Below, one piece after another: positions 1 through 8,000 of a DNA stretch of 47,711 nucleotides. This stretch comes from Gammaproteobacteria bacterium (GTDB taxonomy: Bacteria; Pseudomonadota; Gammaproteobacteria; Chromatiales; Chromatiaceae), in assembly GCA_030066355.1 (NCBI GenBank), contig JASJBU010000004.1, forward strand, positions 1 to 47,711, read 5' to 3'. Both the position numbers and the translations under genes were made by a program. The notes beneath the pieces were generated by a model. The model was given only the letters and a program-made list of their open reading frames with translations. It searched no databases and had not been told where the DNA came from. The number at the start of each line of letters is the position of its first letter. The first letter of the stretch is position 1.

Positions 1-280
1 TGGGGAATTGACTGTAATCGAGTCCGGAGAAAATCTCACGAACGTACATCTTGGCAATTCGATGAGGTGTTTCGATTAAACTGTCATCGTTCAAATCAAG
101 CCCGAGTGTATGCATTACATCGGCCATCAAACCTCTGATTCGATCGTACTTCTGGTCGTGGCTCAACCCATTATCAATCATGGGTGTTTCCAGGCCATTT
201 TCTATCAGCGCGTCGCGAACCAACGCGGCTTCGTCACTGATCTCGGGGTGCTTAGCTAAGCGTACAGGGGTATTCAACAT
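1..280 (-). CDS. folE: GTP cyclohydrolase I (FolE), N-terminal part; the gene runs off the window start
   Basis: Reverse translation from the ATG at 280..278 gives MLNTPVRLAKHPEISDEAALVRDALIENGLETP...DDSLIETPHRIAKMYVREIFSGLDYSQFP. This matches the conserved N-terminal block of E. coli-type FolE (ETPHRIAKMY..EIFSGLDY). It is absent from the ORF track because it is truncated. Confidence 0.85.
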   Translation of the reverse strand, partial: MLNTPVRLAKHPEISDEAALVRDALIENGLETPMIDNGLSHDQKYDRIRGLMADVMHTLGLDLNDDSLIETPHRIAKMYVREIFSGLDYSQFP

Positions 281-304
281 GGTCGTTTTCTCTCGGTGTA
301 TTTT

Positions 305-670
305 TTAGTCCTGTTCGTATGCGAGTCTGATGGCAACGGAGTCCGCAAAGCGCAGGGCATGGGGTTTATCTACGGTGACTCTTGCCGCAGTGACACTTGC
401 ATTGGCGCGACAGATATCCAGTATGTCCTTGGCCAGTTTTTCGAGTAAGAGGAATTTTTCACTCTCGACACGGCTGATGATTTTTTTGCTGATCCGCTTG
501 TAGTCTAACGCGCCGCTGACCTCATCTTTCAGCGCGGCTTGGGTGATGCGAAAGTCGATCTCCACGTTGACAACAACATCTTGCTTTTTAGCCTTTTCCT
601 CTGGGTTGAAGCCGATAAACGTGCGCAATCTTAGATTTGTAATTCTAATTGTTGAGGTAATTCTATCCAT
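305..670 (-). CDS. folX: Dihydroneopterin triphosphate 2'-epimerase / dihydroneopterin aldolase family (FolX-like)
   Basis: 121 aa. IRITNLRLRTFIGFNPEEK..ALDYKRISKKII..FLLLEKLAKDILD..DKPHALRFADSVAI is nearly collinear with E. coli FolX. It lies 24 nt upstream of folE on the same strand. Confidence 0.8.
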   Translation of the reverse strand: MDRITSTIRITNLRLRTFIGFNPEEKAKKQDVVVNVEIDFRITQAALKDEVSGALDYKRISKKIISRVESEKFLLLEKLAKDILDICRANASVTAARVTVDKPHALRFADSVAIRLAYEQD

Positions 671-1657
671 CGTGGGTCTGTTGTTTAATTAATTGATTAT
701 TTCCAGACATGGGACATATCTGGTTCAGTGTGTCTTGTGGCTTAAAGGGTAACTGCGAAATCACTTTGGTCGTAAAAAAACTGATTTGCGAAAAACCGCG
801 TTTCCCAGCCTTAAAGTCAGTCAACTATCCCCAAGTTCATGTACAGGTAATGTATAAAGTAGAGACAGTAAAAAAAACACGCAATTCGTGAAGGAAATCA
901 ATACGCACACGCAGTTCGGAAGAAAACGATTCTTCTACTCAGAACCAGATTTCCTGCCTAACACGTTTAAGGCAGGGATCATGCCTATCAGTGACTGACC
1001 TTAACCCCGTGTGAACTCGGGTTTTTATGGACGGTGACACCCTGGCCATGATCCTGCTGGGTTTTTACACACCTGCTGGGCCGCGAGTAACTGGGCGTAT
1101 CACAGTGTGCAGCGCAGCCATCAAACTAGAAACCAACTATTGATGAGTTGGTTCCTGACAAGACAACCCCCCTGTATAGCACAAGATGTCGAGCCAATGT
1201 CCATGTTTGATGCGATGCATAGAGAGAATCTCGCTTGCAGGCCAATCCCTTTCAACAGTCAGCGAGTAGCGGGTTGTCAACACGCTCTGTACGTGAGCAA
1301 CTTTGCGATGCATATCAACATGAATGAAATCAGATAGTTCATTGGTAACGACCGGAAAAACAGCGCAAGCCGGTTTGTCAGCCTGGCTGCCTGCAAACAG
1401 GAAAAGGCTGACATGGTCGTTGGGTCGGTCTTAATGCAGGCCGTAGACTGTCCAATTTTTGTATATTATTTACATGGAATATTTATTTGCAATACTCGAA
1501 TTCTCCAATAATACTATATATTGTCCAATACATATTTAGACACATGATGAACAGATCGTGCGATTGGACATAGTCATTCCTGAGCGAGCAATGCTTCGGA
1601 GAGACTCAGAAACGTTAAACATTCACACCCATCGAAAGATGAACCAGGAGACCGTAC

Positions 1658-2281
1658 ATGAAACTACAACTCACTGTACTCGCCACCAGTCTAGTCGGCT
1701 TAACAATCTCTGCCACAACCCTGGCAGGCCCTAATTGCGGAATGAAAAACAGCAATTATCAAATGACAATGGCACAGCATCCATACCACCACACCAATAT
1801 GATCTACGCTGTTCATCACGGCAACGCCATGCACAGTGGTTACAGCAAGGACGGATCGGCTGAGTACGACAAATACTCCACGCAAAAAAAAACCAACACA
1901 GACTCTACAATCGTAGGTGTGGCCTCTTCCGCCGGGTCCTTTAACACTTTGATCACTGCTGTCAAGGCAGCAGGCCTGCTGGACACTTTATCCGGCGAAG
2001 GACCATATACTGTCTTTGCACCGACAGATGCGGCGTTTGCAAAATTACCTGAAGGCACTTTAGACGCCCTGCTTGCAGACAAAAGCAAGTTAACTGAAAT
2101 TCTTACCTATCATGTGGTGCCTGGAAGGGTTGATGCTGCAGCCGTAAGCGGGGTCTCCAAGCTGTCTACCGTACAAGGCAGCGAACTCCCGGTTGCAGAT
2201 ATCAAGATCGCCAAGACTGATGTCAAAGCGTCGAATGGCGTCATCCATGTTATCGACGAAGTCCTCATCCCTGATGTCTAG
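1658..2281 (+). CDS. Secreted fasciclin (FAS1) domain protein with a His/Met-rich N-terminal region
   Basis: Signal peptide [26 protein letters not shown]1 hallmarks are [32 protein letters not shown] and [13 protein letters not shown]. The mature N-terminus is rich in His and Met ([19 protein letters not shown]). Confidence 0.85.
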   Translation: MKLQLTVLATSLVGLTISATTLAGPNCGMKNSNYQMTMAQHPYHHTNMIYAVHHGNAMHSGYSKDGSAEYDKYSTQKKTNTDSTIVGVASSAGSFNTLITAVKAAGLLDTLSGEGPYTVFAPTDAAFAKLPEGTLDALLADKSKLTEILTYHVVPGRVDAAAVSGVSKLSTVQGSELPVADIKIAKTDVKASNGVIHVIDEVLIPDV

Positions 2282-2451
2282 CAGTGGCTTAACTCTTACG
2301 GCGAGGGTGGTATTCATCCTCGCCATGTCAAGTTCCCGAAATGTGCGGGAAAAATGTGTAAATAGACCCATCCCTGCCTCACGTCTGTATAATGTTTAAC
2401 TGAGTGCATACCACTCCATAAAAGACACCAAACAAGTGACGGGGCAACTCT

Positions 2452-3267
2452 ATGGAACTGGACCTAGATGGTGGACGCCTGGTGATATTCCTGGGTGGGT
2501 TGTCATTTTTTATCCTGATTGAATCGATACTTCCTGCTCGGAAATGGCTGGGAAGTCGGATCAAACGTGTCTTCTTTCACGCTACCGTAGCGATTTTCAA
2601 TACCATACTGGTGCGTGTCTTTATCTATGTACCCTTTCTGCTATGGGTTGTTTATGTCGAGCAACAGGGCTGGGGTATCTCCCGCTGGTTGGGGCTTGAC
2701 GGCTGGCTGGAGATCATACTGTCGCTCATCATGCTCGATGCCTTCGACTACCTCTGGCATCGTGCAAATCATCGAATCCCATTCCTCTGGCGTTTTCACA
2801 AGGCGCATCACGCAGATACTGAAATGGACGTTACAACTGCATTACGCTTTCATCCCGGCGAACTGGTCCTGTCATCTTTCGCTAAAGCGATATGGGTGCT
2901 GGTCTGGGGGCCAACCGCCATAGCCTGGTTTATATTCGAGGGCCTGATTAGCCTGTGTGCACAGTTCCACCACAGCAATATCGATTTCCCTGACCGCATT
3001 GAACGCTTCCTGTCCCGGATCATCGTAACGCCACGCTTTCATACCTCGCATCACGTTGTCGACAGACAATATGGCGATGCCAATTTTTCGACTATTTTCA
3101 GTTTTTGGGATCCTTTGTTCAGGAGCTACAACCAAGTACCACTGGGACCTGATGACCAACTCGCGGAGGACGCAATCGGGTTGCCAGAAGCACGCGATTT
3201 GTCACTATCGTTCCGTGCATGGTTTACCGAACCTTTCAGTCGTCGAAATATGGCTATACCTGACTGA
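2452..3267 (+). CDS. Fatty acid hydroxylase / sterol desaturase superfamily membrane protein
   Basis: Three histidine boxes typical of the family: HRANH, HKAHHAD, and HHSN..TPRFHTSHH. The N-terminal half is hydrophobic. Confidence 0.85.
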   Translation: MELDLDGGRLVIFLGGLSFFILIESILPARKWLGSRIKRVFFHATVAIFNTILVRVFIYVPFLLWVVYVEQQGWGISRWLGLDGWLEIILSLIMLDAFDYLWHRANHRIPFLWRFHKAHHADTEMDVTTALRFHPGELVLSSFAKAIWVLVWGPTAIAWFIFEGLISLCAQFHHSNIDFPDRIERFLSRIIVTPRFHTSHHVVDRQYGDANFSTIFSFWDPLFRSYNQVPLGPDDQLAEDAIGLPEARDLSLSFRAWFTEPFSRRNMAIPD

Positions 3268-3341
3268 CTGAGTGGTTTACCTGACAAAGCATGTAATGGT
3301 ATTTTAAGAGGATTAATAATAAACCCTGAGGAGGGCCTAGA

Positions 3342-3599
3342 ATGAAAAAAATCCTGATGCTTTTGTTACTTATCCCACTGACTACAATCGCTGCTGAGCA
3401 TGCAGGTAAAGCTGCGCAAAAGAAAATGTCCGCTCAACAGTCAACCGAAGAGGCCGCGGAGAAGAAGGAGCATGTCGGTGAAGCAATGGAGAAGAAAGAG
3501 CACGCGGGTAAAGCGATGAAGAAGCAGGAGCATGCTGGTAAAGCCGCTGAGCACGGTGGTAAAGCGATGGAGGAAAAACCCGCTGCTGAGACTGAATGA
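3342..3599 (+). CDS. Small secreted protein made of tandem (E/K)KxEHAGKAM decapeptide repeats
   Basis: RBS gaggag upstream. Signal peptide MKKILMLLLLIPLTTIAA. The mature part has five EH(A/V/G)G(K/E)A motifs. The stop lies 3 nt before the next ORF. Confidence 0.6.
   Translation: MKKILMLLLLIPLTTIAAEHAGKAAQKKMSAQQSTEEAAEKKEHVGEAMEKKEHAGKAMKKQEHAGKAAEHGGKAMEEKPAAETE
3459..3569 (+). repeat. In-frame 30-nt tandem repeat, 3 full copies plus a 21-nt partial copy
   Basis: Units at 3459-3488, 3489-3518 and 3519-3548, partial at 3549-3569. They encode EKKEHVGEAM / EKKEHAGKAM / KKQEHAGKAA / EHGGKAM. Confidence 0.8.
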
Positions 3600-3602
3600 G
3601 CT

Positions 3603-4124
3603 GTGAAGAAGACCGGTAAGCATGTGGATACAGCCATGGAGCAGGGTTTGGCCTGGATGTTTGGATACCTGAAAACATTTGTTGGCATTGCTGGGCTGAT
3701 CAGCACTATTGGTCTTGTCATGGTCTCTGCTTATGCAGCTGATCAACCCAACGATCAGCATAAGTTTTATGCCGAAGACATCAAGGCGACCATGGAGAAA
3801 TATATCGCCGCCAACATTGATGATGAGGGCATTTTTCGCCTGCGTGATGATAAAACCGGAGAAGAGTTGTCTTTGAAATTCGTACGCATACACGACCCGG
3901 TACGACAGATCGGAAGTGACACCTATTTTGCCTGCACGGATTTTCATGTGCTAGGCGAACCAGACAAACTTTACGATCTCGATTTTTGGATGAACGAAAA
4001 AGCAGGGGAGTTACAGGTTTACCAGTCTAAGGTGCACAAGGAGCCACGCTGGTCATTACTGTATGGTTGGTATAAACAACCACGCTACACCTTCGTGAAC
4101 GATGAGATTGAATATCTGTATTGA
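3603..4124 (+). CDS. Hypothetical exported protein
   Basis: 173-aa ORF from GTG. An internal signal-like segment, MFGYLKTFVGIAGLISTIGLVMVSAYA/AD, suggests the true start may be the ATG at 3636 or 3657. Amino-acid composition is balanced. No family recognised. Confidence 0.5.
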   Translation: MKKTGKHVDTAMEQGLAWMFGYLKTFVGIAGLISTIGLVMVSAYAADQPNDQHKFYAEDIKATMEKYIAANIDDEGIFRLRDDKTGEELSLKFVRIHDPVRQIGSDTYFACTDFHVLGEPDKLYDLDFWMNEKAGELQVYQSKVHKEPRWSLLYGWYKQPRYTFVNDEIEYLY

Positions 4125-4458
4125 GCCCTGAATCTCAGTCCTTGCCACTGTTTGTGCATGTACCGAGAAAACGAGGTGTGTAGTTGGCCTACATCTGACT
4201 ATCTGTGTAACTCCAACTCGTCTGGCAACCATCAAGCAACCCTTCGCTGCTTTTCTCAGGCAAAATGGCAATGTTCGGGATAAATATACAGGCCGGCACA
4301 TCACCACTGATGTGGCTGAAGACGTCTATTAGAAACCATTCTAAATCATGGCAAACAGCACTGCACCCGGAATCATAGGACGTCAGTGGCAGATAACCGG
4401 GTGAACTGCTGTGCCGTGAACAACTCACAACTCGGAAAGATCAACTTGGAGTATGCCT

Positions 4459-4584
4459 ATGAAAATTATCACGACCCTGTTACTGATCCTGCCTCTCCTG
4501 TTTGCGTGTAGTGGTGGTGAAGAACACGCAGGAGATGCTGCAGATGAAAAAGAGCATGCTGGTGATGCTGCAGAATCAAAATAG
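4459..4584 (+). CDS. Small lipoprotein (41 aa) with EHAGDAA repeats; paralogous in motif to 3342..3599
   Basis: Not in the ORF track (under 60 aa). GGAG lies 7 nt upstream of the ATG. Sequence is MKIITTLLLILPLLFACSGGEEHAGDAADEKEHAGDAAESK. It has an LFAC lipobox-like cysteine and two EHAGDAA units. Confidence 0.45.
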   Translation: MKIITTLLLILPLLFACSGGEEHAGDAADEKEHAGDAAESK

Positions 4585-5511
4585 CATGTGGTGTTCCTTC
4601 TGAAAAGGTGTCAATAAAGTGCATAAGTCCGTGCACCGTGATCAGATGAGGATGCCTGAATGCAAGTGCTCAAGACTGATGGTTTAAAGTATGGATATTA
4701 TTGCACTAGCCAAACTTTATGCTCATGGAGCCTATAAAAAAACAGTCTAGTCTTGGCCGACACATGCTACCTGGACAAACATAGCACACAGAGTATCCGT
4801 GGAAAGCCTTCTCGACCCTCCAGGATACAGACTATTCATCCATCATTGAGTGCTCGATGATGAGGGCCGGTGGCAGCATGATACTCAAAATCCCAGCATC
4901 GCGGCTGCACCCAGCACCTCTTCGACATTACGCTAATATACCCCTTTGATGATGATGCTTTCGTCACTCTCAGTACCGGAAAAGCTCCACACTTCAGGTT
5001 CAGAAAGGATGTTGTAGTGCAGACAGTCTTGCTGCCATAAAGCTATCGGCGATTGAGGGATACCGCGTTGAGTGTGACCCTCAGGGGTTGCGCAGAAGTC
5101 TCTTGGTACCGATGTGATCGATCGTGCGACCAGCGATGTATCACTCGGATGGGCAGATGGGCAATGCGAACAGCCAACTCCCGAACCTCATGAACGATGT
5201 CTATTTCTCGGTCATCCAACAACAAGTTCACACGCAGCTTGAGATGCCTCTGCGAAGCGTGCAAGTCATTGCTGACCGAATGGCATCGCCGTGACTATGC
5301 GTAGATCACCAGTTGCTTGAGCGGCATATGCTTACCAGACGATTTACAATCCTGCATTGTTTCCGTTAGAACGCATACCAGCTCCTGGTGCACTTCGCTC
5401 AACCAATACAGATAAGCGAGATAGTTCTCATGATGAAAAAAGTAAGATCCACGATGGAGGAAGGCGGTGCGAGCTGAACCCGGCTTCGCTCTGAGTTTCA
5501 AAGCGACGCAG

Positions 5512-5658
5512 ATGGCGCAGCAAAAGACGCAATTGCCCACCAAGATATGTGACGCATGCGGGCGATCTTTGGCTTGGCGGCGCCGCTGGGCGCGTTTTTG
5601 GGATGAGGTGCGCTATCACGCCAAAGCTTGTCGGCGACACAGGCGGAGAGGAAGCTGA
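5512..5658 (+). CDS. DUF2256-type small zinc-ribbon protein
   Basis: MAQQKTQLPTKICDACGRSLAWRRRWARFWDEVRYHAKACRR matches the KxCxxCGRxFxWRKKWxxxWDEVKYCSxxCR pattern of DUF2256. Its stop TGA (5656-5658) is 1 nt before the photolyase ATG. The start was chosen at the internal ATG rather than 5467. Confidence 0.7.
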   Translation: MAQQKTQLPTKICDACGRSLAWRRRWARFWDEVRYHAKACRRHRRRGS

Positions 5659-5659
5659 G

Positions 5660-7204
5660 ATGGGAATTCGAAATCTTGTGCTTGTCCTAGGTGATCAGCT
5701 CGATCCCCAGTCGCTCGTGTTTGACGATATCGACAAGGAAATGGACATGATCTGGATGGCTGAGTTAGCAGAGGAATCCGAGCATGTTTGGTCCCACAAA
5801 GTGCGTATCGCGCTGTTTTTCTCTGCGATGCGTCACTTCGCCAAGGGGCTTGAGAAGCTTGACATACCTGTGCGGTACCTGGCCATCAATGCACATACCT
5901 ATTCCGGCTTTACTGATGCACTCGGCGCCGAGATCGCCACCTACCAACCCGAACGAGTTGTGGTCGTTCAGCCCGGAGATTACCGCGTTCTGAAACAGCT
6001 TCGCGATGCCACATCCAGCGCCGGACTGCCGCTGGACGTACGCCCCAATCGGCAGTTTCTCATAGATTTGAAGGGCTTCCAGGACTGGGCCAGGGACCGC
6101 AAAACATTGCGACTCGAACACTTCTACCGCTATATGCGCCGGCGAATGGATCTATTGATGGACGGCAAGAATCCGCAAGGCGGCGCCTGGAACTTCGACA
6201 AAGAGAACCGCAAGACTTTCAAGCGTAAGGGACCGGGCCTGGTTCCATCGCCTGCCTCTTTCGCGCCCGATGTGCTTACGCAGGCTGTGATCGCTGACGT
6301 GCAGGAGCGGTTTCCCGACCACCCCGGCTCTTTGACGCACTTCGACTGGCCGGTCACGCCAGAGCAGGCCGAAGAAGCGTTGCAGGACTTTGTCATGCAT
6401 CGCCTCGCCGCCTTCGGCCCCTACCAGGATGCCCTGTGGACGGGTGAGACCTACCTTTATCATTCCCGCCTGTCGGCGGCGATGAATCTCGGATTACTTG
6501 ACCCACAGACCGTCTTAGATGCAGCCGTTGCGGCTTACCGACGCGGTACCGCGCCCTTAGCCTCGGTGGAGGGTTTCGTGCGGCAAATCGTAGGCTGGCG
6601 CGAGTTCATCCGTGGTCTGTATTGGACCCACATGCCGGATTATTTAGCGGTGAACAGCCTCGATGCCCACCAGGCGTTACCGACGTTTTTCTGGACCGGC
6701 AAAACCGATATGCTCTGCCTGGCCGAGACCATAGGTCAAACGCTGGAGTACGGCTATGCCCATCACATCCAGCGCTTGATGATCACCGGGCTCTTCGCCC
6801 TACTGCTTGGGGTCGAGCCACGACAAGTCCACGCCTGGTACCTCGCCGTATACGTGGACGCGGTCGAATGGGTCGAACTGCCGAACGTCCTGGGCATGTC
6901 CCAGTTCGCCGACGGTGGGTTGATAGCCTCCAAACCCTATGCAGCTAGTGGTAAGTACATTCAACGCATGAGCAATTACTGCGAGCAATGCCCTTACGAT
7001 CCTAACGAGGCAACCGGGGAGTTGGCTTGCCCGTTCACCACGCTGTACTGGGATTTTCTGATGCGCCATGAGGCGCGATTCAAAGACCATCCCCGTGCAG
7101 CGCTTCAATGGCGAAATCTCAGTCGTCTGGATGAAGGAAGACGTGCTCTAATTCGAAAACAGGCTGGGACGCTTATCCATCAGTTTGCGTCATCGTCCAG
7201 CTGA
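5660..7204 (+). CDS. Cryptochrome/photolyase family protein, Fe-S bacterial type (FeS-BCP, (6-4) photolyase-like)
   Basis: Starts MGIRNLVLVLGDQL behind the RBS ggagaggaag. The COG3046-like body contains WREFIRGLYW and YAHHIQRLM. The C-terminal cysteine set is C..(LCLAE) plus CEQCPYDPNEATGELAC. Its C-x2-C-x12-C spacing is that of the 4Fe-4S ligands in PhrB/CryB-type enzymes. Confidence 0.85.
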   Translation: MGIRNLVLVLGDQLDPQSLVFDDIDKEMDMIWMAELAEESEHVWSHKVRIALFFSAMRHFAKGLEKLDIPVRYLAINAHTYSGFTDALGAEIATYQPERVVVVQPGDYRVLKQLRDATSSAGLPLDVRPNRQFLIDLKGFQDWARDRKTLRLEHFYRYMRRRMDLLMDGKNPQGGAWNFDKENRKTFKRKGPGLVPSPASFAPDVLTQAVIADVQERFPDHPGSLTHFDWPVTPEQAEEALQDFVMHRLAAFGPYQDALWTGETYLYHSRLSAAMNLGLLDPQTVLDAAVAAYRRGTAPLASVEGFVRQIVGWREFIRGLYWTHMPDYLAVNSLDAHQALPTFFWTGKTDMLCLAETIGQTLEYGYAHHIQRLMITGLFALLLGVEPRQVHAWYLAVYVDAVEWVELPNVLGMSQFADGGLIASKPYAASGKYIQRMSNYCEQCPYDPNEATGELACPFTTLYWDFLMRHEARFKDHPRAALQWRNLSRLDEGRRALIRKQAGTLIHQFASSSS

Positions 7205-7439
7205 TCACTCTGACCAAAAGTTACTGGAACTGATGACAATCCACTTCCGAGGATCAGTTAGTTCTCGCGGCACCCTCCGCCGCACTATCATGCTATCCCC
7301 TACTTTGGTCTCGAGATCGCGGTCTCGGTTCACTAACAAACAACCAGATTGACGGTAATAGTCTGCTGCAACGTTGAGCGCTGAAGGCTGCTGGGCAACT
7401 CACACCACCTCCAACGTCTGTATCTGGTGGCTTTCCATT

Positions 7440-7468
7440 AAAAAAGGTGCTGCCCTTGTGGGGCAGCG
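7440..7468 (-). terminator. Rho-independent terminator-like hairpin (copy A of a repeated hairpin)
   Basis: On the minus strand: GCTGCCCC-ACAA-GGGCAGC followed by CCTTTTTT. It lies about 530 nt downstream of the 972-aa gene stop and is near-identical to the hairpin at 12243-12273. Confidence 0.5.
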
Positions 7469-8000
7469 TTCTATATATTATCTCATTGTTTTTATGATAT
7501 TTTATTTCCTTTCGTCCATATTTCGTCCACTGAGCGTCAGTAACACTGCAATATCAAAAGTTGCCAGCGAGATGCCCCAAGAACTTCTGTAGACCAGGGT
7601 AATCTGACAGCCAGTCTAAGATTGATTCGAATGTCACTATGGCAGATATGCGCCTATCACAGTCAACCAGATACGATTATTTGTGGTACGACCTCAATAT
7701 GATGTAGAAAAGCCCAGTAATTAAGTCATATATCCCCAGAACTTTGACCCTATTCTAAGTTCAATGCCCCGTTCTTTCGAAACGGCACCTAGGAAAATAC
7801 CTGTAACTGAGACGAGATATGAATGCTGGAAAGTTCAGGTGCCGGCCAAAGCGTATTATTGTACAAAACTCGGGACCATCGCTGTTGGGCCCTCCATGGC
7901 CCAACGTCATTAGCTACCCCATCTAAAAACTAAGGGGTGCACGTCCAGATTGCATAGCGACACAATCATCGGGTGCTATGGCTCGTTCACAGAGGAGTGT

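Noticed and set aside
709-1337. ORFs of 60 aa (709-891) and 76 aa (1107-1337) in the folX-fasciclin intergenic region
   Set aside because: They are short, lack an RBS, and have implausible sequences. The region is more likely promoter or non-coding DNA.
5043-5543. Minus-strand ORFs of 73 aa and 82 aa
   Set aside because: No RBS and no family resemblance. Composition is odd (Arg/His/Cys/Trp-rich). One overlaps the DUF2256 gene start region. They are kept only as part of the 'decayed region' observation.
5549-5659. Upstream extension of the photolyase ORF (track start 5549)
   Set aside because: It overlaps the DUF2256 gene in another frame. The ATG at 5660 has a strong RBS and yields the conserved family N-terminus.
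7374-7592. 72-aa ORF spanning the copy-A hairpin
   Set aside because: It reads through a terminator-like hairpin and AT-rich DNA. It has a TTG start and no RBS.
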